Numbered from the whole stretch's first letter, positions 11,664 through 25,431 are shown. The stretch: 63,896 bases of DNA, filler included, from Octopus bimaculoides (GCF_001194135.2; 8 parts of 8 records of this genome joined end to end with filler, not necessarily neighbours in it); one strand, 5' to 3'. Translations and numbers: made by a program. Notes: a model not told the origin generated them from the sequence alone.

Positions 11664-12511
11664 CTCTATGTTTTCATACTTATATGTAAATTTAAAGAAC
11701 TTTTTAATACTGTCATAATATTTGAAACATTTAGCCATATATGCATCATAATTCATGTAAATACATCGTTGAAAGGCATGTTACTGAAGTATTATTCCAG
11801 AGATAATATCTGTAATGTAGGCACCCTTTTTAAAAGCGCAATATATACCGTTCAAGACATAAATTGTCTTAGCAGTGGCTAACGAGAACGCCAGATGCAT
11901 CTCGGCTTACTTACGCTTAATCACTGGCGCGTACGCATGTCTAGGCACATACACAGACGAGGTTTCGGCGTCCAATATGTAGGAAACAGCAACTAAAATA
12001 TTCATTTGGATTACGAATGAGCCGTCTGGTTGAATGAAATTATCGGTCGAAATGCATTTGCTGTTCACACTAACCGTTGCGGCATGATTTTTGACTCCTT
12101 CCGATATATATTGCTTTTTAAATAAAATATGTTCTTAAGAGATGTTATGTCTGAACGAATACCGCTGTAATTTGCCTTTCGACGATGCATTTAAGTTAAA
12201 TATGTTATATACAAATGACTATTTTAATCTAATAATGTTTCCATTGTATATAACGGATAAGAAAAAAACACTTTCTTGAATTGAAAATGGTTAATTATAT
12301 AATTATACTCAACTGAAGACAATGAAGACTCACAAAACCTCCTTCTATCAAGTCTGTATTAATCTACTTTCTTAAAAACAGTAATAAGTTTGATTAATAA
12401 TTTTTAATTTAACAAAATTGTTTTTCGTCGACACACACTCACACATACACATACATATGTATGTATGTGTGTGCGTGGCTTGAAACATGTATATGTACAT
12501 ACACACACACA

Positions 12512-12619
<108 letters not shown>

Positions 12620-12994
12620 NNNNNNNNNNNNNNNNNNNNNNNNNNNNNNNNNNNNNNNNNNNNNNNNNNNNNNNNNNNNNNNNNNNNNNNNNNNNNNNNN
12701 NNNNNNNNNNNNNNNNNNNNNNNNNNNNNNNNNNNNNNNNNNNNNNNNNNNNNNNNNNNNNNNNNNNNNNNNNNNNNNNNNNNNNNNNNNNNNNNNNNNN
12801 NNNNNNNNNNNNNNNNNNNNNNNNNNNNNNNNNNNNNNNNNNNNNNNNNNNNNNNNNNNNNNNNNNNNNNNNNNNNNNNNNNNNNNNNNNNNNNNNNNNN
12901 NNNNNNNNNNNNNNNNNNNNNNNNNNNNNNNNNNNNNNNNNNNNNNNNNNNNNNNNNNNNNNNNNNNNNNNNNNNNNNNNNNNNNNNNNNNNNN

Positions 12995-13028
<34 letters not shown>

Positions 13029-13719
13029 ACATAAGTGTACTCAGGTAAAGGTGTAAGATAGTAAATTAGTATACTGAAGTACTTGATAGAAGTGGATGGT
13101 GTATATACATCATCTAAAACAATTTATCTGAAAAATCAAATTCCTCATGTGCTTTTACCTATTATCAACCAATTGTTGTGTATTTATTGAAGAAAAACAG
13201 CTGTTATTCTCGTCTTGTCAGCATTCAATGATAGATATTTATTGAATCAGTGAAGGAAATGAAAATGTGTACTTTAAATTATTATAGTGACGTAACGTTC
13301 TTCGTTCTACTGGAGTTTCAAGTAAATAGCATTTTCCGAGAAAATGAAAGCATCTAATCTGTAAACACGATCGCACGACAAACGAGTTAAGCTCCGACAC
13401 CATCACAGGCTGTATATTCCCTTTGTAGTAATTGTTTTATATATGATATTTACTTTAAAAAATAACTGAACTGTTTATGCATAGCTAATTATTCTTGGTA
13501 TTCTGGTCTCTGCTTTTAGGCATAAACAAAAAAAGTTTCTTTCCGTTTGATATTTACTGAAGGACCATACATAGTGCATATCCAAACTCTATCAATAATT
13601 TCGGAAGTAACAAACACCATTGTTGTAATAAGAATATAATTTATAAACTATACAATACTATAATAATTATTTTCGTTATCAATTTTATTTACTAAGTCAA
13701 ATGGAACCATTTATTATTA

Positions 13720-13786
<67 letters not shown>

Positions 13787-15820
13787 CATTATCATCAATT
13801 AATTAATGTGTGTATGTGTGTGTGTATGAAACTTTTCTTCTTCTACTAGAAATATATCCTTGTGGTGAGGCTTTATAATATGAAAAGGACTTGAAATTAA
13901 TTAAGCAGAGTGAAATAAAATCCATTCAGAGATGAGTTTATGTGAGACGGCGCGCACAAGTTTTGTGGCTCCGCTTTATTGTATAACAACTTATGCCATC
14001 TAAATTTATAGCTCGGAATCTTTACTCCCAAAACTAAAGAAGGACAACGGCGCTGTTGCATACACACGTGAAAGGGCAATACTTATTAATAATCATTGTA
14101 CATACAAGTGTAACTGTAAGGGAATAAATATTTAACGGTCGTGATAATATAAGTGTAATAAAGTATACTAATAAGAATGCTAAAGAAAGATTATAATAAA
14201 AATAGTAAATAGAAAGAAGCATAAATAAATCGATATAATAGTTGTTATACAAAGCCAGGATATTACAAATGGTCGAAGGCACTTTGGTATATTTATGACG
14301 GATGGCTGTAGACTAGGAAAGTTGTTATAAAATACAGAATGATACGTTATTGATAAAAATGTCTGTGAGGAGATGGTTACCTCCTTTGTAGTAACGACCA
14401 ATAAACCCAGAGGACGCCACATGTATAATCATATAGATATCAATAAAATTGATGGTCTGAGTAAATACAAAGGTTTGTGAAGTTATAAAAATTATACAAG
14501 CTTTCGAAAGCAAAGATATTTTCTGTGAAGTTAATTACGAATTCCGTCCGTTCGTCGAGAAACGATAACTGCTGGCAAGGGATCACACTGCAGTGGTTCA
14601 AACTTTGGCACCCGGGTGACATTTCCAGCACCTCCCTCCCTTCTCCCCACCACAAAAATAGACCACGTTCTCCATCAAATTCAAAACAACTGTATTTCAC
14701 AAATAAAACGTAACCTAAATAACCATTTAGGACTCGTGCCTCTCAGAGTAACTGTCTAGGTACAATCCCACGGTAATTCATGACTGAAGGGAGTCTTTAC
14801 TTTATCTGTTGGAGGAGAGTAGTCAAGCTGTAAGACGAGTGTAAACATTTTTGACAAATTATATTACCTCTGTTTCTTTAAATGGACATGGAGCCCCCAC
14901 AATGGCTTTTAAAGCCAGCAAGTGACATATCTGCACATGTATGTGCATATGTGTGTATAAANNNNNNNNNNNNNNNNNNNNNNNNNNNNNNNNNNNNNNN
15001 NNNNNNNNNNNNNNNNNNNNNNNNNNNNNNNNNNNNNNNNNNNNNNNNNNNNNNNNNNNNNNNNNNNNNNNNNNNNNNNNNNNNNNNNNNNNNNNNNNNN
15101 NNNNNNNNNNNNNNNNNNNNNNNNNNNNNNNNNNNNNNNNNNNNNNNNNNNNNNNNNNNNNNNNNNNNNNNNNNNNNNNNNNNNNNNNNNNNNNNNNNNN
15201 NNNNNNNNNNNNNNNNNNNNNNNNNNNNNNNNNNNNNNNNNNNNNNNNNNNNNNNNNNNNNNNNNNNNNNNNNNNNNNNNNNNNNNNNNNNNNNNNNNNN
15301 NNNNNNNNNNNNNNNNNNNNNNNNNNNNNNNNNNNNNNNNNNNNNNNNNNNNNNNNNNNNNNNNNNNNNNNNNNNNNNNNNNNNNNNNNNNNNNNNNNNN
15401 NNNNNNNNNNNNNNNNNNNNNNNNNNNNNNNNNNNNNNNNNNNNNNNNNNNNNNNNNNNNNNNNNNNNNNNNNNNNNNNNNNNNNNNNNNNNNNNNNNNN
15501 NNNNNNNNNNNNNNNNNNNNNNNNNNNNNNNNNNNNNNNNNNNNNNNNNNNNNNNNNNNNNNNNNNNNNNNNNNNNNNNNNNNNNNNNNNNNNNNNNNNN
15601 NNNNNNNNNNNNNNNNNNNNNNNNNNNNNNNNNNNNNNNNNNNNNNNNNNNNNNNNNNNNNNNNNNNNNNNNNNNNNNNNNNNNNNNNNNNNNNNNNNNN
15701 NNNNNNNNNNNNNNNNNNNNNNNNNNNNNNNNNNNNNNNNNNNNNNNNNNNNNNNNNNNNNNNNNNNNNNNNNNNNNNNNNNNNNNNNNNNNNNNNNNNN
15801 NNNNNNNNNNNNNNNNNNNN

Positions 15821-15856
<36 letters not shown>

Positions 15857-16671
15857 TGATCCTCATTAGGGATTATATAATCCAGGACATTCCCTTTGTT
15901 TAATCCCTATCAGAGCAAAAAGGCTAAGGAATCGGGAGAAATACCCCAAAGTATTTTACCCGGCAGAGATGATTCTGCTTATCATAGCAACAAATACAAC
16001 GATGTATAGGCAATTATAAACTATAAAACAACACAAGAAATACAATAGATCGAAAATTACTTTTCAATGTTTAGGGGCTGACAAAATAAAATACCAATGA
16101 AATACTGGGGTCGATGAAAAGTGAAAGAAACTAGAATAAATTTCATTTTCATCTTAAAACAAAAGTCTATTTTTGTATGCATTTAACAAGAAATTATCAG
16201 CGCTACACTGAGCAGTGATGTCTGAACCTAAAACTTCTTTTAATTGATTCCGCAGTGGCAATATCGATCCCCAAATCAAACAATTTACACCTTATTTTAA
16301 CAGCGTTAAGAAATACGCAGAAATATCTACGATCGGACACCATACCAACGCCAGTAACTCTCCACTTCTATTTCACTGCAATACCCACTTGTCTAATTAA
16401 CACATAATTATCATCATCAATATAACATTTCCAAAGCCTTTTACATCTACGCCAGGTTAATCACTTTCAAGCCAATTCCGATGTGAAAATTGTATACCCA
16501 CATAACACACACATGTGCAAACACATGTATGTGTGTGTGAGTGTGTGTGTATACACATAGATGCATATATANNNNNNNNNNNNNNNNNNNNNNNNNNNNN
16601 NNNNNNNNNNNNNNNTTAATTAATTAANNNNNNNNNNNNNNNNNNNNNNNNNNNNNNNNNNNNNNNNNNNN

Positions 16672-18985
16672 AGGATCGCTTCTTGCCAATTCATAGCATC
16701 ACAGATTGGTGTACTGAACGTAAACCTCTCAAGGAAGGCCACCCTCAAGATTGTCCAGACCTATGCTCCCACAAGTGCCAGCGACGACAAGGGGGAAGAA
16801 TTCTATCGACAGCTAGACAAAGGGCTGGCTGCGAAGTCTACTTACACCGTCGTGATGGGAGACTTCAGCGCAAACGTTGGACTTAAAAGACAAGGGGAAG
16901 AGTATGTCGGGAGATTCGGCATAGGAGAGTGAAATTAGGGGGGGGGGAGTTTGGTTACCATGGCAGAGGCGAGGCGGCGCTACATCGGAAACAGCCTATT
17001 CAGGAAGAAGGAGAAGAGATGGACCTGGATATCGCAGAACTCTGAGCACCAAAACGAGATTGACTACATCCTGGTCGATAAGCGACGCATATTACATGAC
17101 ATCTCCGTCGTGACGCCATTCAGTACCAGCAGCGACCATTGTCTGGTGAGAGCGAGGGTTGTCATCGACGGGACGAGGGAGAAGAAGGTGCTGCATTTGG
17201 CGTCGAAGGGAAAACGTGTCCGAGTCCTCAATGAGGCGAAGCTGCTGGAAGCCATCATGCAGGAAACCTGGTGCAAAGAAGACGGCATAGACGATGACTA
17301 CAACTCACTGATAAGGAAACTGAAGGAGTGTTTAAGGAAGGCTAAGGGAGTGTGTCCGAGAGAGAAGGGAAGAGTCTCGAAGGAAACTACGAAGATACTA
17401 GAGAAGAGGAAAAATATGAAAAGGACTATTGAAGATCACCTTGAATATTCCCTTCTCAGCAGAGTGATTCGTCAACAACTTAAGAGAGATTTCGAGGCAT
17501 ACCGGACGGAGAAGCTCCTGAAGGCTGCAGAGGAAAAGAAGAGCCTCAAGATATGCAAGAGGGACATGGTTCTATATAGATCGGAGGTGACGGTCCTGAA
17601 GAATACAGATGGGGTACCGGTAAACGATAAGAGCGAGATGGAAAATGTTTGCGAAGACTTCTACACCAAGCTCTTCAAGTCTACCAGAAATGTCCAGCCG
17701 TTACCACCACTCCAACAGGAAGAAAATGTGCCATCTATCCTTGTCAGTGAGGTCGAAAGAGTCATCGGCTTGATAAAAAATGGAAAGCCGTCAGGGAAAG
17801 ACGATATAACATCGGCGGTATTAAAGTCAAGCAGAGAGCACCTCTGGAAAATCCACACCGAGCAATTCACGCACTATCTAAACAAGGGAAGAATTCCCTC
17901 GCAGTGGAACGAGTCAAATACCATCCTACTACATAAGAACTACCGACCCATATGCCTGCTGTCTCACGTGTACAAGCTATACACAACGATAATTCAGAAC
18001 AGGTGGTCACGTTATCTCGACGAACAACAACCGAGGCAGCAAGCCGGCTTCCGAAAGAACTACAGCACGATGGACCATATATTTATTCTAACACAACTGC
18101 TTGAGCGAGCGAATGAATACAAGCTGCTTCTTTGTATTGCGTGTGTAGACTATGAGAAGGACTTCGACAGCGTGGAAACCAATGCAGTGCTGAACTCGCT
18201 GCAGAGGCAAGGAGCCGAGGCGCAAGACGTGCAACTGCTCAGAGAGGCAAATTCCGGATGCACCACCGACATAGCTCTGCTGTCATCTCCCGTACGAGTG
18301 CCGGTCGAGAAGGGAGTGAAGCAAAGAGATACGCTCTCTCCAAAACTTTTCACCGCATGTCTCGAGCAGATCATCAGAGGCATCGACTGGCAAGGTGGTG
18401 TCAACATCAATGGCGAACTACTCACCCACCTCCGTTTCGCTGATGATATCGTAATCATCGCTGAAACCACAGATCAGATTCAGACCATGCTGACGGAGCT
18501 CAACAGCAAAAGCTCTGCAGTAGGTCTCAAGATGTACTGCATGAAAACAAAGTTCATGCGGTCCGACAACGTACCAACAGGTCGAATGGTGGTCGGCGAT
18601 GATGAAATAGAGGAGGTAAAGGAATATGTCTACCTGGGACAGAAAGTGAATATGTGTCAAGACATCGAAAAGGAGATCTCGTGGAGAATAAGGGCCGGAT
18701 GGAAGGCGTTTAATGGCATAAGGGATGTGCTCAAAGGAAGGTTGGACAGGATCACCCGCGCCAACCTTATAAATAGCACAGTTCTACCTGCAATGTTTTA
18801 TGGTAGTGAAACATGGGCTACAACAAAGAGAGAAGAGTAGAGATTGGTAACGGCTCAAAGAGTGATGGAGAGATCAATGCTTGGAATCTCTTTGAGATAA
18901 TCGGTGGACCATCGCAGATGTCGAGTGATACTCGTGCGAGCGGAAACGATCACTCGGAAGTCCTCCACGACGGTGGAGTTACGAT
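16672..18985 (+). mobile_element. RTE-clade non-LTR retrotransposon (APE + RT), 5' end lost in a gap, inactivated
   Basis: APE motifs IVQTYAPTS, VVMGDFSA, WTWIS...EIDYILV and SDH. RT motifs NYRPICLL, QAGFR, CVDYEKDFDSV, GVKQRD.LSPKLF, HLRFADD and YVYLG. C-terminal RKRSLGSPPRRW. One reading frame with isolated stops. Confidence 0.95.
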
Positions 18986-19179
18986 TTTAGGGGGGCGATT
19001 GTTCCAAATTCTCATAATCTACCTTTGCTTCTTTTGTACTGTCATAGTAATAACCATTGTCTTAGACCTTTGCTCTTTTACAACAATTTGTAAAATTGAC
19101 AGTGAGTCTTTTGATTTCATTTCACTCTCTAAATATCTATTCTCTATATTTATCACCATTATGAAACAACACAAGCCCA

Positions 19180-19540
19180 ACGAGTGCTCTGACTTCAGGT
19201 CTATCAGTCTAATGCTTCATGCTCTTAAAATATTTCTGGATGTCATACACGGAACAATAAAATCGAAATATATGCAGAAGTCAATGAGAAGCAATTTGGT
19301 TTCAGGGACAACAGAGGTACAAAAAATGCCATATCCTGCTCCAATATTCTATCACAAAAGCGAATGCAATTGCAGAAATATCTATTTGCTTGCTTCGTAG
19401 ATTATGCCGAGGTATTTCAGTACGTACTCCACAGAGCTTATCAGCTTTTTAGTAAAAGCCGCCTTTGACAGAAAGAACATCAGAGTCAATTGCAGGTCAT
19501 ACTGGAACCAAAAGGTAACCATCAAAAGAGATCAAGTATT
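19180..19540 (+). mobile_element. Degenerate RTE-type RT fragment from a different family
   Basis: ECSDFRSISLMLHALKIFL; after a frameshift EKQFGFRDNRGT...CFVDY; then YWNQ. Confidence 0.75.
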
Positions 19541-20989
19541 GTTTGAATCAAAAGAACGCGAGGCAAGGATATGTGCAGAGCTGTTTTAAGGCACGCGTAC
19601 ACTGCGAAGGTGCACAGGAGCCTTACAGACCTAGGGTCCTAATTCTAATCAATTCATAATGTGGCTGATTTGCTCGGCTTCTATATTCTATTAAGACGAT
19701 CCTGGATGTGTTTTATTATCATATCTGTTTAATATCTATATCGAGTAGATATTCTCTGTATTATTTACCAAGGAAAAACTGCGAGAAAATAAATGCCTTA
19801 GAAGATGTCATGTCACCGTTGGCTGAGCATGGAGTACACATGGAAAGTGTACTGGAGATAGCCTAAACAAAATACAATATAGAATTAATGTAAACAGCCT
19901 GCCATAAAAAATTATTATTCTATTATTCTATTATTCTACCGTTGCTACATGGACTCTATTTCTCTAGGTGGGTCGAATATATACTTTTCGTATAACTATA
20001 TAAAGCTGCAGAAGGCACGTTACTTAATTTGTGCTCTAGACATCCCCACCCATAAACATTTTCTTCACTAACAAATCTGACAAAAATCTGAAACAAAATT
20101 CTCCCTGGTTACTCGAATTCACAAATTTAATATTTATTTTTTTACAAGATTTACAGTGTCAATCTTCCGAAATGTACATAAAAAACCCCAATGAAATACG
20201 TTGTTATTTCTCCTTTTTCACGCCTTCTGATAAATACGAACATTATACTATTAAAGTGATTTGATCATTATGCTGCTACAGGTGATTTGATCAGAGAGAG
20301 AAAGATAACTATAAATGGCTTCTCTTGGCGGTGTTAATGTTTATCTTCGCTTCAGTAGAATTTCAACTTAACATGTTTTCCCCCTCACATTTCAAATTGA
20401 TGTAAAAATTGATGTAAATTATTAGCTATGTAAAACTAAAACTATAAAGCTCGGAGATATTTATCTGAATGATGGTTGTAAACGATCTTAGCGTGCGACT
20501 CTAATTTACTTTGCCGCTCAATAGAATAATGATGTTTAATATTTTATTTACACTAACCTCTTTTATGGACGTCACCTAGCCAAAATATCTATCGATTTCT
20601 CATTATTTCTTTTTCTCCTTTATTTTTTTGGACAATATTGGAAAAATCTTATCTTAATTTATAGCCTGTTTTTCCAACGTTGAGATTCTTCTTTTGCTTG
20701 TCGTAGTAGAGAAAGCGTGGTAGAGGAGAGATTATTTCTGGAAACAGTGGCAGCAATATGGATTCAATTCTGTTTGACTTCACATACTACCGACAATTTC
20801 CTCCAGAAATTGCTTTTCATCCATTAACTTTTCCTTTGAATCTGGAACTACCTCGCGAATGTAAGTAAATGTTTGTTGTTGTTGTGCTTGCAGATGTCAT
20901 TGCAGATGTGACGTCAATGATGTTTCTGTTGCAGTTACTTTTTCTCATTGTTCTTTTCGTAAGATAAATTATCTAATTCTTCCTGTTTT

Positions 20990-21325
20990 TGTCAACTTTT
21001 TTCTTCCCTTTCTTCATCATCATCATCATCATCATCATCTTCTTCTTCTTCTTCTTCTTCTTCTTCTTCTTCTTCTTCTTCTTCTTCTTCTTCTTCTTCT
21101 CTTTCTTCTTCTTCTTCTTCTCCTTCTTCTTCTTCTTCTCCTTCTTCTTCTTCTTCTTCTTCTCCTCCTTCTTCTTCTTCTTCTTCTTCTTCTTCTTCTT
21201 CTTCTTCTTCTTCTTCTTCTTCTTCTTCTCCTTCTTCTTCTTCTTCTTCTTCTTTTTCTTCTTTTTTTCTTCTTCTTCTTCCTCTTCTTCGTCTTCAGTT
21301 TCATTATTATTATTATTATTATTAT

Positions 21326-21358
<33 letters not shown>

Positions 21359-21360
21359 TA
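20990..21360 (+). repeat. Compound trinucleotide microsatellite (ATC)n-(TTC)n-(TTA)n
   Basis: Seen directly. It explains the poly-K/R/F ORFs. Confidence 0.95.
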
Positions 21361-21364
21361 TGAC

Positions 21365-22452
21365 TCCTTCGTAACACATTGTAGGTAAAAATGCACAGGA
21401 GTCTTTAGTCATCTGTCACATCACAACAATGACCTCAGACAGATAATACTTTCATTAAGATGTGCGTTGTGTCCAATAAGGCTGCTTTTTGCAAGACATC
21501 AATCTTGCATGGAAATTTCAGTTGCCATAAGAAGTTTTGACTATATTCCATATAGAAGTTTTGAATATATTCCATATTCCATAGTCTTGCCATTTCCAAT
21601 TCCAATTCAGAGTACTTAGTGTTTTTTTTTTTCAACTTCTTTACTCACAACATTCATGTCATTTGGTATGGCTACATCATGCTCTGACAGTATTTGTCTC
21701 TCTTATTCAATATGACAATATCCGGCCGACGGTGCTCGATTACACGATCCGTCTGAAAATAACAGTCCCAGGGTATCGTTACTTTTTCATCCTCCTGCAT
21801 AACTTTACTTGGTACATACTCATACCAGTTCTCTGTTACTTCATATTGGTATTTACAGCATGAGAGCCAATGAACATACACATTTTATCATGGCGGCGTT
21901 TGTAATTCTTTTTATGAAAGGCTATCACATCCACTTACCAAGTGGGTCACATTTTCCACACTTTTCCACAGAGTCTGCATTTCTGGGAGTCGGTATTTCA
22001 CTGATTTAGTAGCGAGAGCCTGGTCTTGTGCAGCAATGAACATGCTTTCGGTGGTACGCCTCAAATCACCTGGCGCAAGCCGTGCTCATGATGCTGTATT
22101 ATTCTTAACGTCTTGTGTATTCCTTTCAAACTGTCCATACATTCCAGGTTCAAGAAGGTTCTTCTTTTCTCTTCTCCTCTGCTCTTTGGTTAAACTCTTC
22201 CTTGCCCATCATTTCATCTGCATTTACACCTATATGTTATGCGGCATATTGCAGCAGGTTTTCATTACTATTTATTAAATACTCGGCAAGCGTCCTACTT
22301 TCACTCCTTATACGATGGTCTATACTAATTAGTCCTCTGCCACCATTCTTTCTTTTCATATACTGTCTGTTTACATTTGCTTTAGGGTGTTGCATCCTAC
22401 GCAGCATCATCAACTTTTTCGTCCTTCTATCCATTGTTGATAATTCCTCCTT
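21365..22452 (-). mobile_element. R4/Dong-clade LINE, 5'-truncated 3' portion
   Basis: DRRTKKLM...HPKANVNRQYMKRKNGGRGL; WD..FQTDRVIEHRRPDIVI (RLE domain); KYSELELEMARLW; LQKAALLDTTHIL. Confidence 0.85.
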
Positions 22453-22924
22453 ANNNNNNNNNNNNNNNNNNNNNNNNNNNNNNNNNNNNNNNNNNNNNNN
22501 NNNNNNNNNNNNNNNNNNNNNNNNNNNNNNNNNNNNNNNNNNNNNNNNNNNNNNNNNNNNNNNNNNNNNNNNNNNNNNNNNNNNNNNNNNNNNNNNNNNN
22601 NNNNNNNNNNNNNNNNNNNNNNNNNNNNNNNNNNNNNNNNNNNNNNNNNNNNNNNNNNNNNNNNNNNNNNNNNNNNNNNNNNNNNNNNNNNNNNNNNNNN
22701 NNNNNNNNNNNNNNNNNNNNNNNNNNNNNNNNNNNNNNNNNNNNNNNNNNNNNNNNNNNNNNNNNNNNNNNNNNNNNNNNNNNNNNNNNNNNNNNNNNNN
22801 NNNNNNNNNNNNNNNNNNNNNNNNNNNNNNNNNNNNNNNNNNNNNNNNNNNNNNNNNNNNNNNNNNNNNNNNNNNNNNNNNNNNNNNNNNNNNNNNNNNN
22901 NNNNNNNNNNNNNNNNTCTTCTTC

Positions 22925-22983
<59 letters not shown>

Positions 22984-23502
22984 AATAATAATAATAATAA
23001 TAATAATGGCCGTCAGCTTGGCAAGTCAAACTTGACCTCACTCCGAAATTTTATAGGTGAAATCAAGGATAGCTGTTATGTCTAGCTTTGGAACTTGTTC
23101 TGTCGCGAAAAGCAAATTATTTTCTACTGATAAGTGAGTCGCTTCTCGACTTAATTTTGTATTGCAAAAAGTTTTCGATTTTCCATGGAGAAAATATCAA
23201 TCGACGTAATGTCGATCGTAAGAGAGGGGAAGAAAGTGAGGATCGTCATGAAGCTGTGGTGAAAGGAGGAGTGAGCGCGACTACTATGTTGTTCCATTGG
23301 AAAAACAGAAAAGAAGCCTGTTTTTAACACGAGTGACGTTAAAATTCTTTACAAGGTAGAATATTTCAACAGAAAATTCTTAAAAGAACTAATTCTATCA
23401 ACAACGACTGCGGCAGCAACAACAAAAACGCACAGTTTGAAGTGGAAAAGAGTAGAAAAAGTGTGGAAGCCAGCAACAAGAATAATAGCAGCAACAAGGC
23501 GT

Positions 23503-23663
23503 AGGAGTGGCAGTGTGGTAAGTAGCTTGCTTACGAACCACATGGTTCCGGGTTCAGTCCCACTGTGTGGTACCTTGGGTCTACTACTATGTCCTCGGGC
23601 CGACCAAAGCCTTGTTAGTGGATCTGGTAGACAGAAACTGAAAAAAAGCCCGTCGTATATATG

Positions 23664-23702
<39 letters not shown>

Positions 23703-24022
23703 NNNNNNNNNNNNNNNNNNNNNNNNNNNNNNNNNNNNNNNNNNNNNNNNNNNNNNNNNNNNNNNNNNNNNNNNNNNNNNNNNNNNNNNNNNNNNNNNNN
23801 NNNNNNNNNNNNNNNNNNNNNNNNNNNNNNNNNNNNNNNNNNNNNNNNNNNNNNNNNNNNNNNNNNNNNNNNNNNACGTCCCCGTAACTTAGCAGACCAA
23901 TAGAATAAGTACTAGGTTTACAAAGAATAAGTCCTGGGGTCGATGTGCTCGACTAAAGTGGTGCTCCAGCATGGCCACCGTCAAATGACTGAAACAAGTA
24001 AAATAGTAAAGGAGTAAGAGTA
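23503..24022 (+). mobile_element. SINE family B, full length, with a gap in the internal microsatellite
   Basis: GGAGTGGCAGTGTGGTAAGTAGCTTGC...GGTTCAGTCCC...AAGCCCGTCG, then (TA)n and a gap, then CCCCGTAACTTAGC...GACTGAAACAAGTAAA. Confidence 0.9.
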
Positions 24023-24597
24023 AATATCAACAATAATACATTGCGGGAGATACAGGAGAAAATGTTTAACATTGAAAATGAAGCCACGTCCTACACTATA
24101 AACAACCAAACAACAGCAGTAACAACAACAACAAATCTGATGCATTTTTCACCAAAATCCCTGAACAGAGATGTGTGGAGCACTCCTTCAACAGTTATTT
24201 TGATAAAAAATTCCGAAAATGCCTGCCAAAACCAAATCTTGTTTTATCTCCTTTCCGAAAGATCAGATTATGAAAAGGTCATCTATAGGTATCTTAATAA
24301 GAAGACCAGGTGGATCGAAACTCCGCCTCTAGCACAGGTACAAAAACGTCTGAAAGATATTTGAGGTTCGATTTGGCATGCCAGGAAAACTTGGGAATTT
24401 GTATCTCTCGTTGCTATATGTCATAGCAAAGAGGCAGCGAAGAAGATGGCGAAGAAGAGGCTAGGTGTTACACCTGTGGCTGTACAACCCACTAAAAGGT
24501 TTTATGTCCTAAATTAAAGAAACCACGCTTGTTGTGCAACTCCACAGCCGCATCTAGAACAACCCCATGATCGGTTCAGGATCTCTACACCGAAACT

Positions 24598-25275
24598 TTG
24601 GTAGTGGAAATGTTTGGCCTCCTCCTCCCACTGAAGAGCAAGCTCTTCTTAAACTTCTGCTCAGCAAACAAAGAATACTGTCTCAAATTTCGCTTTCGAC
24701 CAGATTTCGCCATCTACCATCAATTCCTTAGAGAATTACTTGTAGAAGAAAGATCAGGTTTAAAGATGACAAGCAGTCACCAAAGGATCAAAATGAAAAA
24801 GGATGAGGATACAGATCCCCATTTCGAGAGCTCAACAAAAGTAACTACAAACACAAAAACCCCATCTTCGGCCCACCTCCCAGCTACTCCGACAACAGCA
24901 CCAACATCAACAATAACACCAACACCAACAATTACAGTAAGATCACCATTAACTACAACAATAACAACAACAGCAACAACAGCGGCAACATCGACAATAA
25001 CAACATCAACAACAACAACATCAACAAAAGTAAAGAAACACCAACCAAAACTACAACGTTTAAAAGAATATTTAAAGTCTACACAAAATGCATCGATCAA
25101 TTTTAACGTGAACAAAAGCAACAGTGAGTTGATGGATCACCTAACTGAGAATAAAAATAAAATTCAAACAGAAGGCGAGGAATTTGAGATTGAAATTCTG
25201 AAATCCCCGAAAGACAAATTTTTAATTAGAACGTCTTCGGATTTTACAGAACAATACGTGAAAAATAGCAGCTAA
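24598..25275 (+). other. 225-codon ORF with a Thr-rich middle directly upstream of a Tx1/L1-type ORF2; possibly an ORF1 remnant
   Basis: An open frame with a non-repetitive, Lys/Glu-rich C-terminus located about 160 nt before the APE start. I recognise no domain. Confidence 0.3.
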
Positions 25276-25431
25276 TGTGGGGATTATAAAAAGAAACTAT
25301 TGATAAAAGGACTATTACAAAGACCGTTTAAAAAACATTCGCCTGAAGAGGGGTCCGAAATACGCGGACTCCTCGAATATCAAGGTGAGTAATCTCTTAT
25401 TTTATTTCGCCGGCTAACGAACAGGCCTGCA

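Noticed and set aside
14034-14700. Hydrophobic minus-strand ORFs hinting at a receptor pseudogene or NUMT
   Set aside because: There are stops in all frames and no recognisable GPCR, Cys-loop or mitochondrial motif. T-rich strands give hydrophobic translations by default.
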